Origin: an uncultured Myxococcales bacterium | GTDB lineage: Bacteria; Myxococcota_A; Polyangia; Fen-1088 | Direction of reading: 5' to 3' | Assembly: GCA_964540815.1 (NCBI GenBank) | Contig: CAZIOH010000020.1 | Location: 13,245 to 77,244 of the forward strand | Length of the DNA: 64,000 nt | Shown: piece by piece, positions 34,944 through 44,886 of the stretch | How the letters are laid out: each line of letters begins with the position of its first letter | Numbering within the stretch: position 1 is the stretch's first letter | Position numbers and translations under genes: made by a program | The notes under the pieces: generated by a model | Seen by the model: only the letters and a program-made list of their open reading frames with translations | The model's database searches: none | What the model was told of the DNA's origin: nothing

Positions 34944-37900
34944 ATGCCCACCACCAAACCGAACCCAACCGCACCCCGAACCCCCGGTGACCCGCCCGCT
35001 GCCGGGCCGCGGTGGTGGCGTACCCTCGGGGAGCAGGCCTCCGCCGAGGCGGCGCGTGCCGACGAGCATGATCGGGGCGACGACCGCCTGAAGGCGCTCG
35101 AGATCGCCGGGACCGACGATGGCGCCTCCCGGCGCGACTTCTTCAAGGTGATGGGCCTGTCGGCCACCGCCGCGCTGGCCGCCTGCCAGCGCGCGCCGGA
35201 GCAGAAGATCTTGCCGTTCACCTACAAGCCCGACGAGATCACCCCCGGGCTGGCGCTGTGGTACGCGAGCGCATGCGGCGGCTGCGCCGCCCGCTGTGGA
35301 TTGCTGGTGAAGACCCGCGATGGTCGGCCCATCAAGATCGAGGGCAACCCGTCGCATCCAGTGTCGGCGGGCGCCGTGTGCGCGGTGGGACAGGCCTCGG
35401 TGATCGGCCTTTACGACGCCGATCGCTCCCGCGGTCCGAGCGCCCGCCTGCGGGCCGGGAGCGGCGCGGCCGCGGGCCCGACCAGCCACCCAGTGTCCTG
35501 GAAGGAGCTCGATGCCGCGGTGGCCGAGGCGCTGGCGCGGACCGCGCGCGAGGGAGGCGCGATCCGGCTGGTGGTGCCCTGGGGGCTCGGCCCGACCGAG
35601 GAGGCGGCGCTCGATGGGTTCATCGATCGGTTCGGCGATCGCGCCGGGACGCGGGGCGGCGCCGCATCCCGGGGGCGCGACGGCGACGGCGCCGAGCCAC
35701 CACGGCCGATCCACCGGGTTGGAGTCGTCCGCTTCGATCCCATGGGTCAGCGCGACGCGATCGCGGCCGCATACCAGGCCCTCTATGGCGTGCGCCTGGT
35801 CCCCGAGTACCGGCTCGACGAGGCCCACGTGGTCGCCGCCTTCGAGGCGGACTTCCTCGGGACCTTCGTGAATCCGGCCGCCCTCGCGCGCCAGTGGAGC
35901 CAGGCGCGCGCTCCGTCGCGGGCGCCGATGCTCCGGCACATCCAGATCGAGGGCAACCTGTCCCTGACCGGGGGCGCGGCCGACCAGCGCATCGTTCTGC
36001 CCGCGTCGGCGCAGCTCGAGGCCCTGGCCGAGCTCTTGCGCACGCTCAGCACCGGCGCTCTTCCGGGTGGCCACGGCGCCGCTGCCGATCCTGTCGGGCT
36101 CGCCCCGCGGATCCGGCTGGCGTTGCAGGCCGCGCAAGAGCAGTCGGGGCCGACCGGTCCCGCGGCGCTCACGCCCGCCACCCGCGCCGCCATCGGGGCG
36201 CTGGCCCGGGACCTGGCGGCCGCGGGGTCCCGTGGCCTCGTGATGTGCGGCAGCGACGATCCGACCGCCCAGCTCCTCGCCGCCCTGGTCAACGCCTGGC
36301 TCGGCAACGGCGGGACCACTGCGCGGCTCGACGCCGCGCTCGCGGTGCGGCCCGACGAGCTCTCGCTCGACGAGCTGGTGGCCGAGCTCGGCGCCGAGCG
36401 GGTGGGTGCGCTCTTCTTCATGGGAACCAACCCCGCGGTGGTCGACGCGCGCCTCGGAGCGCTGGTCGCGCGCGTTCCCTTCTCCCTCTCCACCAGCGAG
36501 CGCTTCGACGAGACCGCCGCCCTGGTCGACCTCCACGCCCCCCAGGGACACTTCCTCGAAGGCTGGACCGACCATCGCCCCAGAAGCGGAGTTGAGACCC
36601 TCGGGCAGCCGTGCGTGGCGCCCCTGTTCGACACGCGCCCCGCGACGGCGTCGCTCCTGGCCTGGACGGCCGGGGAGGCCGCGGCGGCCCCCACCGACGG
36701 GGGACACGCCTTCCTCGAGGCGCGCTGGCAGCGCGAGGTGATCGCCGACCTCGCTGGAGCGGACAGCCCTGCGCTCACCTGGGACGCCGCGCTGAGAGAG
36801 GGCGTGGTGGTGCACCCCGTGCAGCCGATCATCTCGATCATGCCGATGCTCGCCGCCGCGCCCGAAGAAGCCACGGCGACGCTGTTCAAAGCCGCGCGCC
36901 GCGCCCGACCCGCGCCCGGCGGCGGCGAGCTCGGTGAGCCTGGCGCGGTCGAGCCACCGGGCAGCGCGTTCGAGCTGGCGCTCTTCGCCTCGGTGGCCTT
37001 GCGCGACGGGACCTTGGCCACCGCCAACAACGGCTGGCTGCAGGAGCTGCCCGATCCCATCACGAAGGTCACCTGGGGGAACCACGCCGCCCTGGCCCCG
37101 GCGCGCGCGGCCGCGCTCGGCCTCGCCGACGGCGACGTCGTCGAGCTGCGCAGCGGCGGCGGGGCCAGCCTGCGCTTGCCGGTGCTGAGCCAGCCGGGCC
37201 TTCCGCTCTCGGTGGTGGCGGTGGCGGTCGGCCACGGTCGCAGCCGCGCCGGGCGGATCGCCGCCGGGCACGGGACCGACGCCTGGCCCCTGGCCGAGGT
37301 GGTGGCGGGGCGCCTCCGGCGCGATGGGATCCCGGTGACCGTCGCCCGCGTCCCGGGCGAGACCAGGCCGCTCGCCCAGACCCAGACCCACGCGTCCCAG
37401 GAGGGTCGGGAGCTGGTGCGGCAGGTCAGCCTGGCCGCGTTCGTGCGCAATCCGCACGCGGGCGACCTGGAGGCGGGAAACCTGGACGAAGGCGCGCCGG
37501 GAGCGGCGGGGGCTGGGCACGCCCGGGCGGGCGGTCCACGCAAGCACCTCGGGCTGTGGTCGGGCCACGCCTACGAGGGCCACCGCTGGGGGCTCTCCAT
37601 CGATCTCAACCGGTGCACGGGCTGCGGCGCCTGCGTGGTGTCCTGCTCGGCCGAGAACAACGTGCCCATCGTGGGTGAGACGGAGGTACGCCGGCGCCGC
37701 GAGATGCACTGGTTGCGGATCGATCGCTACTACGGCGGGACCCCGGAGGCGCCCGAGGTGCTGCATCAACCGATGATGTGTCAGCACTGCGAGAACGCCC
37801 CCTGCGAGACGGTCTGCCCCGTGGTGGCCACCGTGCACTCGAGCGAAGGGCTGAACCAGCAGGTCTACAACCGCTGCGTCGGGACCCGTTACTGCGCCAA

Positions 37901-38348
37901 CAACTGCCCGACCAAGGTTCGCCGGTTCAACTGGTTCGACTACGACCACGGCGGTGATCTGGCGCGCATGGTCCTCAACCCCGACGTGGTGGTGCGCAGC
38001 CGGGGCGTCATGGAGAAGTGCTCCATGTGCGTGCAGCGCATCGAGGAGGCCCGCGCGCTGACCCGCCGCGAGGGCCGGGTCCTCGCCGACGGCGACATCC
38101 GCACCGCCTGCCAGCAGAGCTGCCCGGGCGAAGCCATCACCTTCGGGGATTCCAACGACGCCCGCGGTGCCCTGTCGGAGGCGCGGCGCGACCCGCGCAC
38201 CTACACGATCCTCGAGGAGATCAACGTGAAACCGCAAGTCAGCTACCAGGTGCGGCTCAAGAACGCGGGCGACCCGGCGGCCGCGGCCGGGGCAGCCTTG
38301 CCGGCCCCGATCCCCCCTGGGGCGGAAGGAGGCCGGCGCCATGGCTGA
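34944..38348 (+). CDS. actB: ACIII subunit ActB (fused molybdopterin-oxidoreductase-like B1 and 4Fe-4S B2 domains), Tat signal
   Basis: ATG at 34944. [18 protein letters not shown] is a Tat motif. N-terminal Cys cluster [10 protein letters not shown]-terminal ferredoxin clusters [47 protein letters not shown]. 1134 aa. Confidence 0.9.
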   Translation: MPTTKPNPTAPRTPGDPPAAGPRWWRTLGEQASAEAARADEHDRGDDRLKALEIAGTDDGASRRDFFKVMGLSATAALAACQRAPEQKILPFTYKPDEITPGLALWYASACGGCAARCGLLVKTRDGRPIKIEGNPSHPVSAGAVCAVGQASVIGLYDADRSRGPSARLRAGSGAAAGPTSHPVSWKELDAAVAEALARTAREGGAIRLVVPWGLGPTEEAALDGFIDRFGDRAGTRGGAASRGRDGDGAEPPRPIHRVGVVRFDPMGQRDAIAAAYQALYGVRLVPEYRLDEAHVVAAFEADFLGTFVNPAALARQWSQARAPSRAPMLRHIQIEGNLSLTGGAADQRIVLPASAQLEALAELLRTLSTGALPGGHGAAADPVGLAPRIRLALQAAQEQSGPTGPAALTPATRAAIGALARDLAAAGSRGLVMCGSDDPTAQLLAALVNAWLGNGGTTARLDAALAVRPDELSLDELVAELGAERVGALFFMGTNPAVVDARLGALVARVPFSLSTSERFDETAALVDLHAPQGHFLEGWTDHRPRSGVETLGQPCVAPLFDTRPATASLLAWTAGEAAAAPTDGGHAFLEARWQREVIADLAGADSPALTWDAALREGVVVHPVQPIISIMPMLAAAPEEATATLFKAARRARPAPGGGELGEPGAVEPPGSAFELALFASVALRDGTLATANNGWLQELPDPITKVTWGNHAALAPARAAALGLADGDVVELRSGGGASLRLPVLSQPGLPLSVVAVAVGHGRSRAGRIAAGHGTDAWPLAEVVAGRLRRDGIPVTVARVPGETRPLAQTQTHASQEGRELVRQVSLAAFVRNPHAGDLEAGNLDEGAPGAAGAGHARAGGPRKHLGLWSGHAYEGHRWGLSIDLNRCTGCGACVVSCSAENNVPIVGETEVRRRREMHWLRIDRYYGGTPEAPEVLHQPMMCQHCENAPCETVCPVVATVHSSEGLNQQVYNRCVGTRYCANNCPTKVRRFNWFDYDHGGDLARMVLNPDVVVRSRGVMEKCSMCVQRIEEARALTRREGRVLADGDIRTACQQSCPGEAITFGDSNDARGALSEARRDPRTYTILEEINVKPQVSYQVRLKNAGDPAAAAGAALPAPIPPGAEGGRRHG

Positions 38349-39762
38349 GCACGGCAGCTTGTCGGCCCTGCGCGAGCCGCTGATCTCCGAGCCACGTACG
38401 CTCGGCGGCATCACCGACGACATCCTCGGTCAGATGCAGAGCCGGCCTACCGCCCGCTGGTGGATCGCGTTCGGCGTCGCGGCCTCGTTGCTGGTGCTGG
38501 GGATCGGCTCGGTCACCTACGAGATCCTCACCGGCATCGGGGTGTGGGGCCTCAACCGCACGGTCGGCTGGGCCTTCGACATCACGAACTTCGTGTTCTG
38601 GGTCGGCATTGGCCACGCCGGGACGCTGATCTCCGCCATCCTCTTCCTGTTCAGGCAGAAGTGGCGCACCAGCATCAACCGATCGGCCGAGGCCATGACC
38701 CTGTTCGCGGTCATGTGCGCCGGGGTGTTCCCGCTCATCCACATGGGCCGCCCGTGGGTGGGGTTCTTCGTGTTCCCGTATCCCAACGATCGCGGTCCCC
38801 TGTGGGTGAACTTCCGGTCGCCGCTGCTCTGGGACGTGTTCGCCATCAGCACCTACTTCACGGTCTCGGCGGTCTTCTGGTACGTGGGGCTGATCCCGGA
38901 TCTCGCCACCGTGCGCGATCGCCTGGCGGCCGGCATGAAGAAGCGCATCTTCTCGGTGCTGTCCTTCGGCTGGACCGGCTCGGCGCGCATCTGGGCCCGC
39001 TACGAGACGCTCTACATGCTGCTGGCGGGCCTGGCGACCCCGCTCGTGCTGTCGGTGCACACCATCGTCTCGATGGACTTCGCCACCTCGGTCATTCCGG
39101 GCTGGCACACGACGATCTTTCCACCGTACTTCGTGGCGGGCGCGGTCTTCAGCGGATTCGCGATGGTGCTCACCCTGATGATCGTGGCCCGCAGGGTGAT
39201 GGGCTTCGAGCACCTCATCACCATCCGCCACCTCGAGAACATGGCCAAGATCATCATCGTGACCGGGGGCATCGTGGGCCTGGCCTACGGCACCGAGTTC
39301 TTCATCGCCTGGTTCTCCGGCAACGCCTACGAGCGCTTCGCCTTCATCAACCGCGCCACGGGACCTTTCGCCTGGGCGTACTGGATCATGGTGAGCTGCA
39401 ACGTGATCTCGCCTCAGCTGCTGTGGTTCAAGCGCCTGCGCACCTCGGTCCCGGTCCTCTTCGTGCTCTCGCTGGTGATCAACGTCGGGATGTGGTTCGA
39501 GCGCTTCGTCATCATCGTCACCTCCCTGCACCGCGACTTCCTGCCCTCGAGCTGGGCCAGCTATTCGCCGACCCGGTTCGAGGTGTTCACCCTGATCGGG
39601 AGCTTCGGGCTGTTCTTCACGCTCTTCCTGCTGTTCGTGCGGGTGCTGCCGGTCATCTCGATCGGCGAGGTCAAGAGCGTTCTGGGGTTCGCCCGCGCCG
39701 CGACCAAGGCGCCCCCCGCCCCCGCGCACCCGGCGCCGGCCCGCACCCGGGAGGTGGCGTGA
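38341..39762 (+). CDS. actC: ACIII subunit ActC (NrfD/PsrC-family quinol-interacting membrane subunit)
   Basis: About ten TM helices, with the NrfD-like conserved WW/FxxxGxxAG pattern. Overlaps the actB stop. Confidence 0.9.
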   Translation: MAEHGSLSALREPLISEPRTLGGITDDILGQMQSRPTARWWIAFGVAASLLVLGIGSVTYEILTGIGVWGLNRTVGWAFDITNFVFWVGIGHAGTLISAILFLFRQKWRTSINRSAEAMTLFAVMCAGVFPLIHMGRPWVGFFVFPYPNDRGPLWVNFRSPLLWDVFAISTYFTVSAVFWYVGLIPDLATVRDRLAAGMKKRIFSVLSFGWTGSARIWARYETLYMLLAGLATPLVLSVHTIVSMDFATSVIPGWHTTIFPPYFVAGAVFSGFAMVLTLMIVARRVMGFEHLITIRHLENMAKIIIVTGGIVGLAYGTEFFIAWFSGNAYERFAFINRATGPFAWAYWIMVSCNVISPQLLWFKRLRTSVPVLFVLSLVINVGMWFERFVIIVTSLHRDFLPSSWASYSPTRFEVFTLIGSFGLFFTLFLLFVRVLPVISIGEVKSVLGFARAATKAPPAPAHPAPARTREVA

Positions 39763-40265
39763 TGTCCAGGCTCGTCGCCACCTTCACCGACGAGGCGGGG
39801 CTCCTGGCGGCCACCCGCGCCGCCCGGGCCGCCGGGGTCCCCATCGACGACGCCTACACGCCATACGCGGTGCACGGCCTCGACGAGGCCATGGGGCTTC
39901 GCCGCTCGCGCCTCACCTGGGTGTGCTTCGCCGCCGGGATCACCGGCGCCACCGTCGCGCTCGGGTTTCAGCTGTGGACGTCGGTCGTGAGCTGGCCGCT
40001 CAACGTGGGGGGCAAGCCCTTCGCGTCGGTCCCGGCCTTCATCCCGGTCACCTTCGAGCTGACCGTGCTCTCGGCGGCCCTGGTCAGCGCGGCCACCTTC
40101 CTGCTGCGGTCGCACCTCGGCCCTGGCCGGCGGGTGGTGCCGCTCCCGCGGGTCACCGACGACAGGTTCACCCTGGTCCTCGGGGATGGCGGGGAGAGCG
40201 CCCGGCGGCTGATGCGCGAGGCGGGGGCCGAGGAGATCCAGAGCACCGGCGGAGGGACGTCGTGA
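39762..40265 (+). CDS. actD: ACIII subunit ActD (DUF3341)
   Basis: ATG overlaps the actC TGA (TGATG). 167 aa with a C-terminal TM helix and composition typical of ActD. Confidence 0.8.
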   Translation: MSRLVATFTDEAGLLAATRAARAAGVPIDDAYTPYAVHGLDEAMGLRRSRLTWVCFAAGITGATVALGFQLWTSVVSWPLNVGGKPFASVPAFIPVTFELTVLSAALVSAATFLLRSHLGPGRRVVPLPRVTDDRFTLVLGDGGESARRLMREAGAEEIQSTGGGTS

Positions 40266-40918
40266 GATCGCTGGTGATGGTCGTGGGCGTCGTCGTGGGC
40301 ATGGGCGCGGCGTCGGCGCTGCTGACCGGATGTGACGACGATCCGACCGTTCCGAACCTCGAGTACATGCCCGACATGGTCTCGTCGGTCGCGTACGATT
40401 CGTTCGCTCCCAATCCCAACACCCGCGACGGGCGGACCCTGCTGGCCCCGCCGCCCGGGACCGTCCCGCGCGGTTACCAGCCCTTCCACTTCACAGCGGG
40501 ACCAGCCGAGGCGGCGCGGGCCGGCCGCGAGCTCACGAACCCGATGCCCGACGTGCCGCTGGTCCGGCAGCGCGGGGAGATCGCCTTCCAGCGCTGGTGC
40601 TCGCCGTGTCACGGCCACGAGGGCCAGGCGGACGGGCTCGTGACCCGGAAGTTCCCGCGGCCGCCGTCCCTCACGGCCGAGCACGCCCGCAACCTCCCCG
40701 ACGGCCAGCTGTTCCACATCGTCACCTTTGGACAGGGTGTGATGCCCGCCTACGGGGCCCAGGTGATGGACGTCGATCGCTGGAAGATCGTGCGATTCGT
40801 GCGCCGGATGCAGGCCGATGCCAGGCCGGGCGCCGCGCTGGGCCCTCCACTGCCGGTACCCACGTCGCCTCCCGCGCCACCCGCGGCGGCGCCCCCCGCG
40901 GGAGACACCAGACCATGA
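40262..40918 (+). CDS. actE: ACIII subunit ActE, monoheme cytochrome c lipoprotein
   Basis: GTG at 40262 overlaps the actD TGA (alternative ATG at 40277). Lipobox LLTGC. Single CSPCHG. Ends with a Pro/Ala-rich tail. Confidence 0.8.
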   Translation: MRSLVMVVGVVVGMGAASALLTGCDDDPTVPNLEYMPDMVSSVAYDSFAPNPNTRDGRTLLAPPPGTVPRGYQPFHFTAGPAEAARAGRELTNPMPDVPLVRQRGEIAFQRWCSPCHGHEGQADGLVTRKFPRPPSLTAEHARNLPDGQLFHIVTFGQGVMPAYGAQVMDVDRWKIVRFVRRMQADARPGAALGPPLPVPTSPPAPPAAAPPAGDTRP

Positions 40919-42126
40919 TCAACCCAGGGCCGACTCCCACCTCGAGCGTCACCACCTCCACCTCCACCTCCACCTCGACGCGCAGCTTCGCGCGTGTTCA
41001 GGTCGGCGCCCTCGCGGTGGCTCTCGCCGGCTTCACCGCGCTCGCCGTCGGCATGGTGTTCGAGCCCGCGCGGGCCTTCAGCAACCTGCTGGTGGGTGCC
41101 TACCTGGTGCTGGGGCTGTCGGCGGGGGGGGGGGTCCTGCTGTCGCTCATGGCGGTCGCCAACGCGGGCTGGGCGGTGGTGCTCAAGCGAATCTTCGAGG
41201 CCTTCGGCGCGTTCTTGCCGTTCGCGGCCGCCCTGCTCCTCGCCGCCACCATCCCCGGCATGCGGGTTCTTTACGCCTGGGCCCGGCCGGCGGCCCACGC
41301 CGATCCCTTGCTCGTGGCCAAGGCCGCGTTCCTGAACGCGCCGTTCTTCATGCTGCGGATGGGCGCCATCCTCGCCATCTGGATGGCGTTCGCGACCGCG
41401 CTGCGCCGGGCCTCGCTGCGCCAGGATCTGACGGGAGATCCCGCCGAGACCCGCCGGACCGTGCGGCTCGCCGCCGGCTTCCTGGTCGCCTTCGCGATCA
41501 CCGGGTGCCTCGCCGCCTTCGACTGGATCATGACCCTCGAGCCTCACTGGTTCAGCACCATCTTCGGCTTTTACAACCTCGCCGGCATCCTGGTGTCGAC
41601 GGTCTCCGCGGTCGCCGTTGCGGCCATCCTGCTGGAGCGCGCCGGGGTCCTGCCCGAGCTCGCGCCTGCGCACCTGCACGATCTCGGCAAGTTGATGATC
41701 TCCTTCGCCACCTTCTGGGCCTATCAGTGGCTGAGCCAGTTCCTGCTCATCTGGTACTCGAACATCCCCGAGGAGACCGCCTACTTCGAGCTGCGGTGGC
41801 AGGGTGGGTGGATGCCCGTCTGGGCGACGAACCTCGTGCTCGGGTGGCTCCTGCCCTTCCTCTTGCTCTTGCCTCGCCCGGTCAAGCGCGATCCGCGGCG
41901 CTTGCTGCCGATCGCGCTCCTCCTCGTCTTCGCGCGCTGGCTCGACATCTGGCTCATGGTGTTGCCGTCGAACTTCCCCGACCGTCCCTGGCCCGGGCTG
42001 CTCGAGCTCGCCGGTCTCGCCGGCCCGGTCGGCCTCTTCGTCTTCATGGTCGCCCGCACATTCCAGCGCGTCCCCCTCCTCGCCCGCCGCGATCCCTACT
42101 TCGTCGAGAGCGTCCACCATACGTGA
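40915..42126 (+). CDS. actF: ACIII subunit ActF (second NrfD-like membrane subunit)
   Basis: ATG overlaps the actE stop (ATGA). A Thr/Ser repeat at the N-terminus is encoded by (CCACCT)n. Ten TM helices homologous to actC. Confidence 0.85.
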   Translation: MINPGPTPTSSVTTSTSTSTSTRSFARVQVGALAVALAGFTALAVGMVFEPARAFSNLLVGAYLVLGLSAGGGVLLSLMAVANAGWAVVLKRIFEAFGAFLPFAAALLLAATIPGMRVLYAWARPAAHADPLLVAKAAFLNAPFFMLRMGAILAIWMAFATALRRASLRQDLTGDPAETRRTVRLAAGFLVAFAITGCLAAFDWIMTLEPHWFSTIFGFYNLAGILVSTVSAVAVAAILLERAGVLPELAPAHLHDLGKLMISFATFWAYQWLSQFLLIWYSNIPEETAYFELRWQGGWMPVWATNLVLGWLLPFLLLLPRPVKRDPRRLLPIALLLVFARWLDIWLMVLPSNFPDRPWPGLLELAGLAGPVGLFVFMVARTFQRVPLLARRDPYFVESVHHT

Positions 42127-42332
42127 TCGCGGCTTCGCCGCTCGCGGGCAGGGGAGGACCCCACCCGCGGGCCCCTCCCGCGGAGGACGAGAGGCGGGCC
42201 CGGATCTGCTTTGCCAATGTCTTCTCCGGTTGGCAAAGCCAACCTTCGATCAACCACTCGAACCGCGCGATCCTCGCGAGTTCCTCTGACTCTCGAATCA
42301 GGCGAGTCAAGAGCGGCCCGGCCCCGATTCAA

Positions 42333-43313
42333 TCAAGGTATCAGCAGGACCTTTCCGCTGGTCTGGCGGGTTTCGAGGGCCTCGTGGGCGGCACGGGCGT
42401 TGGCGAGCGGGAAGGTGGCGCCGATGCGCACGTCGAGCTCGCCGCGCGCGATGAGCTCGAAGAGCGCACCCGCCCGCGCCAGCAGCTCGCTCCGCGTGGC
42501 GGTGTAGTGCACGAGGGTCGGGCGGGTGAGGAACAGCGAGCCGTTGGCCGCCAGCACCTGGGGATCGAGCGGCGCGACCGGGCCGCTCGATTGCCCGAAG
42601 AGCGCCAGCATCCCGCGCGGTCTCAGCACCCGCAGCCCCTTGACGAAGGTCGAGGCGCCCACCCCGTCGTAGACGACGTCGACGCCGCGCCCGCCGGTGA
42701 GCCGGCGCGTCTCCTCCTCGAAGTCCTGCGTCGCATAGAGGATCACCTCGTCGGCGCCCGCCTGGCGCGCGAGCGCGGCCTTCTCCGGGCTCGACACCGT
42801 ACCGATCACCCGTGCCCCCGCGCGCTTGGCCAGCTGGATCAGCAGGAGGCCCACCCCACCCGAGGCCGCGTGGACGAGGGCGGTCTGCCCGGCCCGAAGG
42901 GCGAACGTATCGGTCGCGAGGTAGTGCGCTGTCATCCCCTGCAGCATGATGGCCGCCGCCTGTCGGGCATCGACCCCATCCGGGATCGGCACCGCGCGCT
43001 CGGCCGCCACCAGGACGTGCGTGGCATACGATCCGGGGGCGCTGGCCCAGGCCACCCGGGCCCCGACGACCACTCCTCCAGCCGGCTCGGCCGCTCCGGC
43101 CCCGATGGCCTCCACCGCGCCCGCTCCCTCCAGCCCGAGTGCGAGCGGAAGGTCCACCTTGTAGACTCCCCGGCGCTGATAGACATCGATGAAGTTGACG
43201 CCGATGGCGCTGGTCCGGACCAGGAGCTGTCCCGGCCCCGGGACCGGGGTCTCCCGCTCCTCCAGCTTCAACACCTCGGCTCCCCCCGTCTCCCTCGGAC
43301 GAATCGCTTGCAT
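42333..43313 (-). CDS. qor: NADPH:quinone oxidoreductase (zeta-crystallin / Qor, MDR family)
   Basis: ATG at 43313. AASGGVGLLLIQLAKRAGARVIGTV is the Rossmann motif of MDR quinone reductases. No Zn-binding Cys cluster. Confidence 0.85.
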   Translation of the reverse strand: MQAIRPRETGGAEVLKLEERETPVPGPGQLLVRTSAIGVNFIDVYQRRGVYKVDLPLALGLEGAGAVEAIGAGAAEPAGGVVVGARVAWASAPGSYATHVLVAAERAVPIPDGVDARQAAAIMLQGMTAHYLATDTFALRAGQTALVHAASGGVGLLLIQLAKRAGARVIGTVSSPEKAALARQAGADEVILYATQDFEEETRRLTGGRGVDVVYDGVGASTFVKGLRVLRPRGMLALFGQSSGPVAPLDPQVLAANGSLFLTRPTLVHYTATRSELLARAGALFELIARGELDVRIGATFPLANARAAHEALETRQTSGKVLLIP

Positions 43314-43596
43314 GTCGACCCTCTACAATGACGCGCGGGCTTCTTCAACGCATCGTTGAAGCGCCTTCGACGCGTCACGGCCGACTCTTCGGCGGCTGCG
43401 TCCCGGTGTGCATTCCCGGCACACCATTTCGGCACAGACACCGGTGTGCCGGCGTGCCGGCGTGCGAAGAGCATGCGAAGATTGCGGGCAGATGCCCGAT
43501 CTTGCTCTTTCTGAGATGGTCCGACAGATGCATGAATCTCCCTCACGCGATCATCCGCTTTCGTCCGCTTGGTATGATCGGGAGGAGACCATCCAC

Positions 43597-44127
43597 ATGA
43601 TCCGAATCGACTCTGTTGTTCGCCGGCGAACCGACCCCTCCCCGCCGGGAAGGGGCAAGGTTTCAGGTCGCGCGGCGGTGGCCCGCTTGCCCATCCGCCT
43701 GCTGGCCGGCGCCCTCGCCTGTCTGGCGGTGGCGGCAAGCGCCAGCGGCTGCGCGACGACGAGGACCACCAGCACCACCTGGACTGCCGACGCGCCGGCG
43801 CCCTGGGTGCGTTACGGCCGGGTCTCCTGGGTGCGCGAGGTGGTCCAGCGCCAGGAGGGCAATCCCGCTGGCGGCGCCGTCGCGGGTGCCCTCATCGGCG
43901 GCCTGCTCGGCGGTGGCCGCGGGCCCGGGGCTCTGGTCGGCGCGGTGGGTGGCGCGGCGGTCGGGGCGGCCGCGAGCTCGGGTTCGGCGGAGCAGCGCCA
44001 CTACGAGGTCATGGTGACCTTCGACGATGGGGCCTACCAGGTGTTCGTGTATCCGGGCGGCTCGCCGTTCCGACCCGGGCAGACGGTGATGCAGACGGCG
44101 CAGGGGCTCAGTGCCTACGGCCCCTGA
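43597..44127 (+). CDS. Glycine-zipper (Gly-zipper_2TM / SlyB-like) outer-membrane lipoprotein
   Basis: ATG at 43597 with GGAGGAG RBS. Lipobox ASASGC. AGGAVAGALIGGLLGGGRGPGALVGAVGGAAVGAA is a glycine zipper. Start is uncertain because the N-terminal region before the lipobox is long. Confidence 0.55.
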   Translation: MIRIDSVVRRRTDPSPPGRGKVSGRAAVARLPIRLLAGALACLAVAASASGCATTRTTSTTWTADAPAPWVRYGRVSWVREVVQRQEGNPAGGAVAGALIGGLLGGGRGPGALVGAVGGAAVGAAASSGSAEQRHYEVMVTFDDGAYQVFVYPGGSPFRPGQTVMQTAQGLSAYGP

Positions 44128-44800
44128 CCGGCCGCCCACCCGCTCGTCCGCCTCCGCCGTCGACTTCGAGGCGATTCTCTTCGACAACGACGGGGTCCTG
44201 GTCGACACCGAACACCTCTATTTTCGCGCCAACCGTGAGAGCCTGGCCGAGGTGGGCGTGGAGCTCGACCAGGCGTCTTACGTCGAGCTGTTCCTGCGCG
44301 ACAACCTCGGAGCCTGGCACCTGGCCGAGGCGCGGGGCGTCCCGCCCGAGACCATCGCCCGCCTGCGCGCGGCCCGCGATCGCCGCTACCTCGAGCTCCT
44401 CGCGGGCGAGGACGTGGCGCTCCCCGGCGTGGCCGACGCCGTGGCCGCCCTCCGACGCCGTTACCGCCTCGCCGTCGTCACGAGCTCGCAGCCAGAGCCC
44501 TTCGCCCGTGCCCATGCGCAAAGCGGGCTGCTCCCGCACTTCGAGTTCGCGCTCACCCGCCGCGACTACCAGCGGAGCAAGCCGCACCCCGAGCCGTACC
44601 TCCGGGCCGTCGAGCGCCTGGGTTTGTCGCCCGCCCGCTGCCTCGTCATCGAGGACTCGGAGCGCGGACTCGCCGCCGCCAAGGCCGCGGGGCTCGCCTG
44701 CTGGGTCATCCCCTCTGCCCTCACCCGGGGCCTCGACTTCGCGCGGGCCGATCTGGTGCTCGACAGCTTGCCGGCGGCGGCCGCCCGCCTCCTCGCCTGA
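44111..44800 (+). CDS. HAD-superfamily hydrolase (subfamily IA phosphatase / beta-phosphoglucomutase-like)
   Basis: GTG at 44111 overlaps the previous gene by 17 nt. Motif I LFDNDGVL (DxD), motif II VVTSS, motif III K and IEDSERGLAAAKAAG. Confidence 0.8.
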   Translation: MPTAPDRPPTRSSASAVDFEAILFDNDGVLVDTEHLYFRANRESLAEVGVELDQASYVELFLRDNLGAWHLAEARGVPPETIARLRAARDRRYLELLAGEDVALPGVADAVAALRRRYRLAVVTSSQPEPFARAHAQSGLLPHFEFALTRRDYQRSKPHPEPYLRAVERLGLSPARCLVIEDSERGLAAAKAAGLACWVIPSALTRGLDFARADLVLDSLPAAAARLLA

Positions 44801-44886
44801 TGTGACGACTGGTGAGCTTTGCCGGATCAGCCCCTCGGCGCTGGCTCCGGGTTCTCGTCAGCTCCGCCAGAAGCTCCAGGCCGCGG

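Noticed and set aside
34707-38423. 1238-aa minus ORF
   Set aside because: Antisense to actB. No recognisable motifs.
43328-43600. 90-aa Cys-containing plus ORF in the qor promoter region
   Set aside because: No RBS, low complexity, and it overlaps the inverted-repeat cluster, so it is more likely regulatory DNA.
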